Shown piece after piece: positions 51,096 through 63,856 of a DNA stretch of 64,000 nucleotides. Position numbers and translations under genes: made by a program. The notes under the pieces are model-generated. The model saw only the letters and a program-made list of their open reading frames with translations. It had not been told where the DNA came from and ran no database searches. Positions within the stretch are counted from its first letter, which is position 1; each line of letters opens with the position of its first letter. This stretch comes from Squalus acanthias (taxonomy: Eukaryota), in NCBI GenBank assembly GCA_030390025.1, contig CM059433.1, forward strand, positions 9,240,001-9,304,000. The letters are read 5' to 3'.

Positions 51096-52762
51096 ATGTG
51101 TGAATATCTCGCACAAGATAATTAATTGCTTAAATGCCCCCGGCCATTCTGGCTAATTGACCTGGAATGCGACGAGACAACAGAGCTGCTTTGCGTCAGT
51201 TTGACATAGACTGTGATGACACTGCAGAAACTGTGATGACACTGCAGAAACTTGCTTAACTGGCTTTAAACATCTTCAATGCCTGCAGCCTTTCTTTTTT
51301 TTTTAAAAAAGGCACTGAAAATTCACCTCGTTGTAAAACAATACTTAAACATAACAATTCCAAGATTTCCGGGGGAAAGAAAAATGCCAAAATTTGACAG
51401 ACTAAACAAACAACTTGCTACGAAGGTCATCTGCACAAAAATATCCTAGGACAGCTGAAAAGAGTCAGTTCAGATTCGGAGGCTCTCCAATGTCTCAGTT
51501 GCTAAAGATGGCTTGTAACTGAACTACGCAGACTAGAAAGTCCCACATTTGGTTCCCATTCTGCAGGATCATTCTTAGAAGTGCTGCAATTGGCTCCAGT
51601 GCCCCCATCCACCCCAGGGCACTTCGACCAACTGTGGTTCTCAGACTATTAACTAGTGTGTCTGTTCCTGGATGTGATCCCAGTGACCCCGATTGGAAAG
51701 GACACCTGTGGACAGAATAATGCTTAGTAGCAATACCACCCACCCACCCCAGCAAACACACACAGCGCCAATATTAAATGGCTGCATTTATGTATGAATA
51801 ATGGTCATTTGGACACCGTAGTGGAGCAGCAACAGCACTCCTGGAATTATATTCCAGCATCAGTCATTCCTTCAAAGAGAGGTGAACTAGGGTTTCCAAC
51901 TCTGATTGCCCAGGAATCTCCTGGAATGGGGCATGGATCTCCTGGGCGCTGCTGCAAATAAGTATTTGAAAAGGAGTAATATAAAAAGATCTGGTGGGGG
52001 ATGGAAATTGTGTTACAGCAGAGAGCACCAGCCAAACAGCCTCCTCATGTGCTGTAAATTCTATCATTCTATGAAACCTCCTTTATTGATTCAGAGCCCA
52101 GGGAGTGGTTTAGAAATGTTGTTGGTCGAGTTTAGGTCGATGTGCCCTGTGAGAAGTCCCCAAACACAGAGCCGGCTGCCCTTTGCGTGATCTGTTTGGT
52201 TCAGGCCGGTTTGTGCCAGCTGGTTTTAACGTGTGACGTCCAAGTACAGATCTGCTCTGACTGATGCTCTCCGTTCAGAGTGGTCACCTTCACACAGAAC
52301 CACAGTCCAAACAGATTGCAGCACGCAGGGGGTGTCAGTCTGGCTGCCTGCCTGCCTCTCGTCCATGCCCGGGTGACCCTGGAAAAGGAGCATGCAGTGT
52401 CCACCAGTATGCTGAAGGCCTTTCATGGGCACCACAGGGAATAGATACTTGCAATATTCACAGGAGAACAGTTTTAAAAATCATAAGTATTCTTTCAGCA
52501 TTCTTCACAGAAATAACTCTATAAAGATGTAGCCAGATCTCAGATGTTAAATCACGAATTTATTGATGCTACATGTCACTGAAGTAGCAAACACACGTCA
52601 TTCCAGCGAGGCCAGCAGACCATTATTTAAGATAGCCATTATCCAGAATGGAGAGGCCAGTTCTCCTGCACCTTGTCAATTTCAAGCAAGTTAGTGACTT
52701 TCTTTCAAGTGAAATTAAAAAAAAAACATTAATGTTACAAGTCATAATGCAACCATTACTAT

Positions 52763-52862
52763 AGTTCTGATGAAAGGATATGGACCTGAAACGGTAACTC
52801 TCTCTCCCCACAGGTGCTGTCTGACCTGCTGAGTATTTCCAGCATTTGTGTTTTTATTTCAT
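52763..52862 (+). mobile_element. Short Penelope-derived fragment with a degenerate hammerhead
   Basis: AGUU-CUGAUGA-aaggauauggaccu-GAAACGG-U-AACU followed by the family 1 tail. Confidence 0.7.
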
Positions 52863-54658
52863 TACGGTGTACCTTTTCACAGTGAGGGTTTGTGCCACAC
52901 CCAATAGCAATTACGCCATTATTAGGAGAGGCAGTCTTTGTGCTGCACTAATGGAAAGAGCAGTTACATATTCATGACTTTTCTTGCCCATTTATAGACA
53001 ATAGTACAAGCTGCCCAATTAAAGTTATGCCTTTACTAAGGATCCACTTGTCCCAAATCTCTGAGGGTTTAGGAATAATTAGAAAGAAAGGAGGAAAAAT
53101 AATCAAAAGAACATAACAAACAAGCAGCAGTGTAAGAAAACACTTGCTTAGGCTGCAATCCTCTCCCTTCAGCTTCTAAAACAAAACCAAGTTTTATTAT
53201 CCAAAGTCAGAACTAATAGAAGATTAAAGGATATACTGCGGTGCCAAGATATGGAGCCACAAATCTTGCAAGAGGTTGAATATTAACTAGAAAAGTATGC
53301 AGCTTCTGGCATATTTCAGATTAGCTACCAATAAAAAGACAATTAGTAATCGAAGGAATTTACAATACAGAAGTGAAGGAGGGGAGCCAGCTCTGGATAA
53401 TCATTTTACTTCCTCTGGTATATATTAAGAGCTCCAACGTAGAACTTCTGCCGCGTCGCAAAGGCGGGTACATGGAAGTTAGGTCGCAGATCAGCCATGA
53501 TCTCATTGAATGGCGGAACAGGCTCAAGGGGCTCAATGGCTTCCTCCTGTTCCTATGTTCCGATCACTTCAAAAAGGCTGTTATAGTAGTCACACCAGAC
53601 ACTTTTATAACAAGCTAAACTATTGAACAGATTTATTCAGAAAGGAGTTATTTAGAGAGGCAGAAAGAATATATTCAAAAATCAGTCAAAAAAAAGATAC
53701 TGGAAGCCAGTCCATGAAGGGTTAAACAGACCCTTTGAAGGCTTCCCTGCAGAACTTGGGGTGAAATAAATGTTTGAGAAAGTTAATAGTCTGTTCCTTT
53801 AGAAACCAATAGGATTAGTCTCCGTAGGATTTGCATGGGTGTATATCCGTAGGGTATAAATCACCCCACTCACATAGAGACCACACAGATTACAGATAAT
53901 GGAAACTGATAATTGGTTATGAATGCTAAAGTGCTGACAATTTTAACAACCAAGCACTCAGTAACATCTAAAAATCACATGGCATTCCAGGAACTTTTTA
54001 CAATAAGGCCAAAATCGTTAAAATAATATTGAGGCTTAATCTTCAAACACCAAGTCAACATACAAATTTTTAGCTATACAGTTACAAGGACATGAAAAAG
54101 TTAGACTAAAGCAACCGACTCTATATTGGTTTTAAGTTAAGACTACAGTCCAGCAGCATGAATAATCACAGAGCTCTGAAACCAGATAATACAGGAATGT
54201 CCTTTTGGAAATCAGGATTTTTTTTTAGTTTAAATAAACAAACACTTTTAAAATTGTATCAATCTGGCCGTAACGTAAAAATTACATATTACTGTATATA
54301 CTAAACTGTTTTGTCAGACAGACAGATATAGAGATAGAGATACAGGAGCTGACAAAACAGTTTAGTTCCTCAAGACACTCCACATGGCAAGGGCCCAATC
54401 TTGGCTATGATGGGGGGAGGAGAAGGGGGAGAAGGAGAAGCAGAAGGAAAAGTAAAGAGAAGGAGGAGCAGAAGGAGAACAAGGAGAAAGAACTTGTATT
54501 TATATAACGCCTTTAATGTAGTAAAACCTCCCAAGGCGCTTCACAGGAGTATTAAGACAAAACATTTGACACCAAGCCACATAAGGAGAAATTAGGGCAG
54601 GTGACCAAAAGCTTGGTCAAAGATACAGATAAAATAACAAAGCTTGGTCAAAGATAAC

Positions 54659-55952
54659 AGAGGCCCAACCAGTCCCCATCCACCGCCACCCTCCTCCGCC
54701 TGGCTGAACTTGTTCTCACATTGAACAACTTCTCCTTTGACTCCACTCATTTCCTCCAAATCAAAGGTGTTGCTATGGGTACCCGCATGGGTCCGAGCTA
54801 TGCCTCCCTTTTCGTGGGATATGTGGAACATTCTTTGTTCCAGTCCTACTCAGGTCCCCTCCCTCACCTCTTCTTCCAGTACATTGATGACTGTATCGGT
54901 GCCGTTTCCTGCTCTCGCCCTGAACTAGACAATTTCATTCACTTTGCCTCCAATTTCCATCCTTCCCTCACCTTCACATGGTCCATCTCCGACTCCTCCC
55001 TTCCTCGACTTCTCCGTCTCCATCTCTGGGGATAGGTTATTGACCAATATTCACTACAAGCCCACTGACTCCCACAGCTACCTGGACTACACTTCCTCCC
55101 ACCCTGCCTCCTGTAAAGACTCTATTCCCTTCTCCCAGTTTCTCCGTCTCCGCCGCATCTGCTCCGACGATGCCACCTTCCATACTAGTGCTTCCGACAT
55201 GTCTTCCTTTTTCCTCAACCGAGGATTCCCCTCTACCGTGGTCGACACGACCCTCGACCGTGTCCGTTCTATCTCCCGCACTTCTGCTCTCACTCCTTCC
55301 CCTCCCTCCCGGAACCATGATAGAGTTCCCCTTGTCCTCACCTTTCACCCCACCAGCCTCCACATTCAACGGATCATCTCCGCCATCTCCAACGTGATCC
55401 CACCACCAAACGTATCTTCCCCTCATCTTTCAGCATTCCGTACGGACCGCTCTCTGCGAGACACCCTAGTCCACTCCTCTATCACCCCCAGCACCCCTTC
55501 CCACTCTCCAGGGCCCCAAACACCCTTTCCAGGTGACACAGCGATGTACTTGTACGTCTTGCAAGCTCGTAATCTCTCCATCTCCATCCATTTTATCCCC
55601 CCTTTTGGTTTGTGCCTTTTCCCTTTTTTTCTCTTTTCCCCCCCCCCCCCACGGCAGCTGTCTCTCATTCTGCCAGCATTTCACACTTCTGAGCCACCTT
55701 TTGTTTCTTAACCTGACCTATTACCATCTCGTCTTGCCTTGAGCATCTCTTAATGTCTCTACTCACCATAGACCAACCCTTTTGTTCTTTTATTCCTCCC
55801 CCCAGCCTCCCCCTTGCTTTTTTATCTGTTTCATTTCCTGCTTTTTTCTCAGTTCTGACGAAGGGTCTTCGACCTGAAACGTTAACTCTGTTTCTCTCTC
55901 CACGGATGTTGCCTGGCCTGCTGAGTTTTTCCAGCGTTTTCTGTTGTTGTTT
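54659..55952 (+). mobile_element. Penelope-like retroelement, truncated (RT, thumb/linker, 3' terminal repeat)
   Basis: QIKGVAMGTRMGPSYASLF, YIDD, YKPTDSHSYLDYTSSHP, IPFSQFLRLRRICS, FLNRGFP; frameshift near 55005; no intact GIY-YIG seen. Confidence 0.92.
55851..55887 (+). ncRNA. Minimal type I hammerhead ribozyme motif (family 1) in the Penelope terminal repeat, intact core
   Basis: AGUU-CUGACGA-A-GGGUC-uuc-GACCU-GAA-ACGU-U-AACU; stem I AGUU/AACU. Confidence 0.8.
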
Positions 55953-55957
55953 CAAAG

Positions 55958-56311
55958 ATACAAGATTCTGAAGGGGATTGACAGGGTAGATGCTGAGAGG
56001 TTGTTTCCCCTGGCTGGAGTGTCTAGAACTAGGGGTCACAGTCTCAGGATAAGGGGTCAGGCCATTTAAGACTGAGATGAGGAGGAATTTCTTCAGAGGG
56101 TTGTGAATCTTTGGAATTCTCTGCCCCAGAGGGTTGAGATTGCAGAGTCGAGTATATTCAAGGCTGAGAGATAGATTTTTGGACTCTAGGGGAATCAAGG
56201 GATATGGAGATCGGGCAGGAAAGTGGAGATGAGGTCGATGATCAGCCATGAATGGCGGAGCAGGCTCGAGGGGTCGTATGGCCCACTGCTGCTCCTATTT
56301 CTTATGTTCTT
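55958..56311 (+). mobile_element. CR1 3' fragment
   Basis: YKILKGIDRVDAERLFPLAGVSRTRGHSL and ttcttatgttct tail. Confidence 0.88.
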
Positions 56312-57054
56312 AAGAGGTAGGTTTTAAGGAGCGTCTTAAATGAGGAAGGAGAGGTAGCGAGGCGGAGAGGTTTAGGCAGGGAATTCCAGAACTTAGGGCC
56401 TAGGCAACAGAAGGCACGGCCACCAATGGTTGAGTGATTTATAATCAGGGATGCTCAAGAGGGCAGAATTAGAGGAGCGGGGGGTTGTGGGGCTGAAGGA
56501 GATTACAGAGATAGGGAGGGGCGAGGCCATGGAGGGATTTGAAAACAAGGATGAGAATTTTGAAATCGAGGCGGTTTAACCGGGAGCCAATGTAGGTCAG
56601 TGAGCACAGGGGCGATGGGTGAATGGGACTTGGTGCGAGTTAGGATACGGGCAGCAGAGTTTTGGATCACCTCAAGTTTACGTAGGGTAGAAGTGCATTG
56701 GAATAGCCAAGTCAGAGGTAACAAAGGTATGGATGAGGGTTTCAGCAGCGGAGTGACAAGCCACTGAGCAATAACTGGACAGATCTGAACATGAGACACA
56801 GAAAAGATAAAATTCATACCAAGTTCTTGCATACCTCCTAATGACTAGAGCAAAAATAGCACTGGCCCAAGCACAGGAACAAGAGCTCCTGTGCTGGCTC
56901 TATGGAATTACAAGGCAAATAGCCAAGGCATTGGAGGTCAAAAAACCCTAAATTCAATCTCTGGCCTGTGTCAAATTAGCTGACCTCAGCTAGGGCAGTG
57001 GTAGGGCATTCCAAGTGGCCTGGGCACTCCCAGGTTGAAGAGAAAGAAAAGAAA

Positions 57055-57506
57055 AGAAAGACTTGCATTTATATAGCGCTTTTCACGACCACCGGACGTC
57101 TCAAAGCGCTTTACAGCCAATGAAGTGCAGTCACTGTTGTAATGTGGGAAACGTGGCAGCCAATTTGCGCACAGCAAGCTCCCACAAACAGCAATGTGAT
57201 AATGACCAGATCATCTGTTTTTTTTTGTTATGTTGATTGAGGGATAAGTATTGGCCAGGACACTGGGGATAACTCCCCTGCTCTTCTTCAAAATAGTGCC
57301 TTGGGATCTTTTATGTCCACCTGAGAGAGCAGACGTCTCTCGCGTTTAACATCTCATCCAAAAGACGGCACCTCTGGCAGTGCAGCACTCCCTCAGCACT
57401 GCACTGGAGTGTCAGCCTAGCTTTATGTGCTCAAGTCCTTGGAGTGGGACTTAAACCCACAACCTTCTGACTCAGAGGCGAGTGTGCTACCCACTGAGCC
57501 ACAGCA
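57055..57506 (-). mobile_element. Near full-length tRNA-derived SINE (DeuSINE/SacSINE1-like) with L2-type tail
   Basis: Head tgtggctcagtgggtagc with B-box-like gggtttaagtccc; central conserved body; tail aaagcgctatataaatgcaagtcttt. Confidence 0.85.
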
Positions 57507-59385
57507 AGAGAAGATTTTTTTTTTTTTTAAAATATTAATTCTCTGGATGTGGGCATCACTGGCAAGGCTGGCATTTATGGTCATTGGCAGTTGCTCTTGT
57601 ACATTTGAGTGGCTTGCTAGGCCAGGCCACTTCAGAGGGCAGTTAACCACATGGGTGTGGGACAGGAGTCACATAGGCTAGACCAGGTAAAGATGGTAGG
57701 TTTCCTTCGGCACCAATATCCTTTAGGATTTTAAACCAGTTAGGTTTTTAAAACGACAACTTGCCAGCTTTTTATTTCCATATTTTTTTTTATATAAACA
57801 GAATTCAAATTCTCAAACCGGCATGGTAAGATTTAAAATCACATTCTCTGGATTATTAATCCAATAATATAACCACTACACTTATGCGGACATAGATGAA
57901 ACCAAGATAGGCCATGGTGGCTGTGATATCCTCATGGTAAAAAAGCTAGTCAACACAATGCCTAGGTTTACACACAAATGCCCAGTTGGCCAAGATAATC
58001 AAAGAAACCCAGGAAGGAGATCAGGGTGAGAAAATTGAAAGACAGAGAGCCAGGGGGTGGGGGGTGTAGGGAAGAAAAAAGGGGGCACTTGGGAGTACAT
58101 TACCTGCTAGCCTCACCGGTTCATTGAGCCAGTGGCTGGATGTACAGTACAAGTTTTTTTTCCCTCCAATAGTCAGGACTACTGATCTACCCAATGGGAC
58201 ACCACAATATTAATTATTCAAAAACCGCATATATAATTTCCTGAGGGTCAAATATTAATTAAAATACCATTAAAATAATTGGCCTTTGCTTTAAAACTCA
58301 TTGAAAATTCAGAATGATTTTCTGAACCCAGGTTATCACAAGATTTAAACTACAACTTCAGAAAAGGAATAAAGTACTAAAATATTATATATATACACAT
58401 ACATATGCAGATTCATGATAAAATGATTAAAGAGACAGCAACAGTACCCCACATAGTTCACATGGCCATGGGGCAAGTTTTTGATTCAAAATAGGAGAGC
58501 GCATTCAACCAACATCCCTAATCTCAAGGAACACAAAAGGAAGACCATTAAAAAAAAACTAGAAGCCAACCCTTTCTTTGCACAATTTAAAAGCCAACAA
58601 GGCAGATGTTTACACATTTATACCACAGAAAAACAACCAATTCTGCTTACACATGGGGGCAAAAATTGGAAAGAGAAAAAAAGGTTGCTAGGTCCATTTA
58701 TTGCTACCACCGGCTAAACATTAGAATCATGAGGGGTAAGGCAAGGAATGATTTGTTTGTATTCTTTTGAAAGTATATTTCACATTATTTGACATGACAC
58801 ATGTAGCTAAGATATCAGATGACTCACAAATTTGACCCTGGAAGTTACTGAAAACAGAGCTACACAGAAATTGTAGTGTTGTACTCGTGGGCAAGTCACA
58901 TGTTTCCCCAATACTAGAAATTGCTCCAAAACCCTGGATCAGCAATTGATGGTTAACTCTACATATGAATTTCCAAATATGAGAAACAAAACCCAGTGAC
59001 ACAACATTGTGGTGGAATGCACGAGATGTAAATGCTTGAAATACTGCTTAGTTTCATAGTGTGCACTAAGTGAGCTCAAAAGAGACTGCAGGAAATTGAG
59101 ATCACTAAGACGAGAGTAAAGAGAGGAAGAGACACAAAAAAAAACTTGATTGTTCCCACATTTCTATAATTACTCTGTGGGCAACTAAAACCAAATACAC
59201 ACACAAGAATGATCAGAGATGAGGGAGAGTGAATGAGAAAATAAAGAGACCGATACTTCCTCAGTTTCTCTCCCCCTTCATTCCTGGGCTCCAATGGTGC
59301 AGATTGGGAACACAAGTCATCAGGAAGTGAAAAATTGCCAATGCTCACAAGTAGCAGGCTCAAACACAATAAGGCACCATGCCAT

Positions 59386-59546
59386 CGACATTCCCGCTAA
59401 GCTGCGCGGCTGTGTAGTGGTTTGGAGGTCCCGCGCAGGCCTCTCACCGGCTTTTAAGTGGAAGAAACCGCCCATGCGCGAAAACTTGAATGAGCCTTGC
59501 AACGAGTTAAAGGGACTGCGCACAAAAAAAATTAGAGGGAACACTG
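59386..59546. mobile_element. hAT-type MITE copy 3 (reverse orientation)
   Basis: Ends cgacattccc / gggaacactg; TSD catgccat/catgccac. Confidence 0.75.
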
Positions 59547-60519
59547 CATGCCACACTTTATTTTTTTTTAAACTGTAATGGTACCAAGTAGAAAGTCAAT
59601 GGACGGAATTTTAACCCCCAAGTACGGGTGGGTAGTTATAATTGTTTGATCACGCTCGCAACCTTGCTCCAATGAGCCCACTTCTGGGTTTAACGGAAGC
59701 ACATTGAGATGCCTGCGAGTAACCTACTTGCCAGAGTCAGGACCTTAATTAGTGCAGACGGGCGGGTACTTATCGCAGCAATTAACATCCTTATGAGATG
59801 TTCATAAGGTTTTTTTTGCATTATATTTTACTTCACTAACTTTAAATTTAACTAACGTCTCCAGCATGGGTTTCCCGAGGCTCGGAAAACCCGGCAACTG
59901 AAGGGAGGCGAGAAGGGCAGGAGTGTATCCCCCCCGGCCCCTCGAGCAAACCTGCTTCCCTCGCTGTGATTCAAACATCCCCCCGCCCCACCCCCCAAAC
60001 GACCTTCCATCCAACATCCTTCACATCCCCCCTGCCACCCTTCCATTCACCATCTCCCCTCTCAATCTGGTTGGCTGCTAGTGCATGCAAATTCATAGCA
60101 CAGAACACAATTAAGCAGTCGTTCAGAAAAAGGATGACGGATGTGAAGAAATGAAATGTCACAGTAGTGCCAGAGAATGGCCTTCTCAGACATTTTCACA
60201 CCGACTAAACATTTTTATAGCTTGATGCACACGGATAATAGCATTGGTAAACCAGTTTGGTAGGTCAGAAACAAACAGGCCAAAAAGAACATACAAGTCA
60301 GTTTGAATTCAATATATGGCCTTAATTTGTGCCTAAAGAGCAGCGAAATACAAGAAAATAACCCGTCCCCCTTGTTGCAGATTGGAAGAGAACTAAAAGA
60401 TGAATTTTAAATACCTCAAAAAAAGTTGTTTGAAACTGAAATACCCCTTCGAATTTACCATTTAAATCAAGTTCACATTTCATGCTGATGGAAGTGCAAA
60501 GACAAATATTTTTTGCTAT

Positions 60520-61810
60520 TTCCTCCTGTTAAACATTGGGAAGACTAAAGCCATAGTCTTCGGCCTCCAGCACAAACTCTGTACATTCACGCCAATTCTA
60601 TTACCCTCCACGGCCACTGTCTCAGGTTGAAACAGACAGTTTGCAACCTCAACATCCTATTTGAGCGAGTTGAACTTTACACTCCATAGCCTCGCCATCA
60701 CAAAAACTGCCCAATTCCACCTCTAGCACACCCGTTTCTGCCCCTGCCTCAGCCCATCTACTGTTGAAACCCTCATCCATGCCTTTTGTTACCACCAGAC
60801 TTGACTATTCCAATGCTCTCCTAGCCAGCTTCCCATCCTCCACGCTCCATATACTTCAACCAACCCAAAACTCTGCTGCCCATACAATAAGTTGCACCAA
60901 GCCCTGGTCATCCATCACTCCTGTGCTCACTGATCTACACTTGTACCTGGTTCCCCAATACCTCTCAGATCATAGAATGATGCAGCACAGGAGGCCATTC
61001 GGCCCATCCTGCCTGTGCCGACTCTTTGGAAGAGCTAACCAATTAATCCCATCCCCTGCTCTTTCCCCATAGCCTTGCAAATTTTTCCCCTTCAAGTATT
61101 TATCCAATTCCCTTTTGAAAGTTATTATTGAACCTGCTTCCACCACCCTTTCAGGCAGTGTATTCCAAATCATAACCAGTCACTGCGTAAAAATGTCTTC
61201 TCTTCATGTTAGTTCTGGCTCTTTTGCCAGTTACCTTAAATCTGTGTCCTCTGGTTACTGACCCTTCAGCCACTGGAAACAGTTTCGCATTTACTCCATC
61301 AAAATCCTTCATGATTTTGAACACCTCTTAAATCTCCCTTTAACCTTCTCTGCTCCAAGGAGAACAACCCCAGCTTCTCCTAGTCTCTCCACATAACTGA
61401 AGTCTTTCATCCCTGGTACCATTCTAGTAATTCTCCTCTGCATAGGCCTGAACACCCTTATTTAGCCACAAATTTTAAATCATCATCAGCGTGTTCAAAT
61501 TCCTTCATGGCCTCGACTCTCCCCATCTCTGAAACCTTCTCCAGCCCGACAACCCTCAGAACTCTGCATTCCTCCAACACTGGCCTCTTGTGCATTCCTC
61601 AGTCCCTTCTTCTGTGCCATCAGAAGTCTACACAAATTCTTTCCCGAAACCTCTCACCATCCTGAAAACCCACCTCTTTGACTAAGCTTCTTGTCACCCC
61701 CTCCTAATGTGTATCTGTGGCTCTGTTGATTTTGTCTGATTACACTTCTGTGAAGCACCTTGGGATGTTTTTCTACATAAGGGGGCTGGGAGGGTTATAA
61801 ATGCAAGTTG
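60520..61810 (+). mobile_element. Decayed L2 with a nested minus-strand CR1 fragment (approx. 60969-61442)
   Basis: FVTTRLDYSNALL...QNSAA...ITPVLTDLH; nested part encodes WNTLPERVVEA. Confidence 0.8.
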
Positions 61811-61958
61811 TTATTTAGTGCATATTTTCTTAGTCTCCCTCCAAAATATACCACCTCTTATTTCTACACATTAAATTACATGCTATATAATCTACTAACT
61901 TGCGTCCTCTTGAAGTTGCTGCCTGACCTGCTGAGTATTTCCAGCATTTTCTGTTTTT

Positions 61959-62627
61959 ATTTCCGACCCCCACGGGTGCGTATGCGCCCGTAGGGGCCGC
62001 GCATGTGCTGAAACCCGCCACTTGCGACCTGTCAAGAATTCTCTTGACAGTTCATCCGCATGCCCAAGTAAAGTGCCTCTGCGGGTGGAGAGTTGCGCTT
62101 TTTGCACAACTTCCGCCCGCTGATTGACTGTCAAATTCTTACGCCTGGTAAAAACAGGCGTAAGGCCGGCTTTTACCAGCTTAAGAGTTTAAAAAATAGA
62201 AAAATGAAATTTGATAACTCATTTATAAAAGTAAATACTCTTCAAAAGGGGAAGTTTATTTTTAGCCCAGTAAAAACATTTAATTCTTTTCTTCAAAAAA
62301 TTAAATTTGTTTAAAATATTTAATTAAATGCCATTTTAATTATGTAATTTAATTTTTTATTTTTTTTAAATGTTTTACTGTGTTTTCAAATCCGTCAAAA
62401 GTATGAAGGGGGATTCCCTTCTTTCATTGGTTCACCTGGCCCACGTGATCCCAGGGGCATTTGCGAACCGCATGCGTCCTTGGGATACCTGGGCCTCTAC
62501 ACATTTCGAAGAGGCGGCGCCCAGGATCGCAAGCCTCGGGATCTACGGAACCAGCAGGTAAGTTCGTAGATTTTTTTCCGATCGGAGGCATCCGCCCGCA
62601 GGAAACCTCGGTCGGAAATTCAGGGCC
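61959..62627. mobile_element. Probable Harbinger-like non-autonomous element, left end truncated
   Basis: atttccgacc / ggtcggaaat inverted match; GC-rich ends and AT-rich core as in 1711-2404. Confidence 0.45.
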
Positions 62628-63164
62628 AATATGCTTTCTACAAATCTGTGCTCGTCATCCATAACTAACCAAAAAGCACAATACTGCAGATGCTGAAAAT
62701 TGAAATAAGTTCACCTCATCTGTGATTGTCAGCTTCAGTGAGGTGGATGGGGAAGAGGAGTCTACAGAATGTCTCGTTCTCCCCTCGAATCACAGAGGGT
62801 AATCTGTGTTCTTGTATCAGCAGCAAGATGATGTCTGTGTTTTGAAAAACAGGACCTAGCTAGAGAAGGTGAACCAAGATTGAAAGAATTAATAAGTTGC
62901 ATCTTCACGGTTTTCCAAATCGAAGAATATTGGGAAGTTGTACTCACTGAAATCTAGGAAACTGTTCTGACAAAAATGTAATTGTGGGCCGGGGGGGACC
63001 ACAGGGGAGTTGCCAAAGGGGAAATGAAGCAGAGTAGGGGTAGCCCAAGAGGAGGAACTGCACCCTCCCACTTGTTTTTATTATAAAAAGAAAAAGGCTG
63101 AAAAGAAAAAGATAACAAATAACAGGGAGGGGAGGGGGAGGAGATCAGGGAGCAAGAAACAAGC

Positions 63165-63852
63165 CTCTAGACTTGACTATTCAGACACATTCCTGGCTGG
63201 CCTCGCAGTTTCTATCATTTGTATACTTGAGGTCATCCAAAACTCTGCTGCCCGTGTCCTAACTCGCACCATGTCCTGTTCACCTACCACCACTGTGCTC
63301 GCTGACCTACATTGGCTCCCGGTTAAGCAACGCCTCGATTTCAAAATTCTAATCCTTGTTTTCAAATTCCTCCATGGCCTCTCGCCCCTCCCTATCTCTA
63401 ATCTCCTCCAGCCCTACAACCAATGTCCCTGTAATTTTATTTTTTGGTGCGCGGGCCCTTTAACTAGCTGCACGGCCCATTCAATTTTCCACGCATGCAG
63501 GGTTATTACCATTGTAAAGCCAGTGAGCAGCCTGCGCGGGACCTCCAGACCGCTGCTCATGTGGTCACACAGCTTAATGGGAACATTGCCTACAAACCTT
63601 AGATCTCTGCACTCCTCCAATTGTGGCCTCGAGCATTCCCTGATTTTATTCACTCCACCATTGGCGGCTGTGCCTTCAGCTGCCAAGGCCCCAAGATCTG
63701 GAATTCCCTCCCTAAACCTCTCCGCCTCTCTCTCTCCTCCTTTAAGATGGTCCTTAACACCTAACTCTGATCAAGCTTCTGGTCATCTGCCCTAATATCT
63801 ATCTCCTTTAGTGGCTCGGTGTCAAATTTTGTTTCAGAATGCTCCTGTGAAG
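63165..63852 (+). mobile_element. L2 LINE 3' fragment
   Basis: VIQNSAARVLTR...VLADLHWLPVKQRLDFKILILVFK. Confidence 0.88.
63421..63588. mobile_element. hAT-type MITE copy 4, nested in L2
   Basis: caatgtccc / gggaacattg; TSD cctacaac/cctacaaa. Confidence 0.8.
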
Positions 63853-63856
63853 TGAA

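Larger units (their letters stand above)
54490..56750 (-). mobile_element. L2 LINE 3' fragment split by nested CR1 and Penelope insertions
   Basis: 54490-54625 and 56312-56750 together reproduce the contiguous L2 at 42960-43560. Confidence 0.85.

Noticed and set aside
57420..57506. tRNA gene-like heads (also near 25540, 44030 and 46470)
   Set aside because: They continue into a shared SINE body and L2-type tail; no complete cloverleaf evident.
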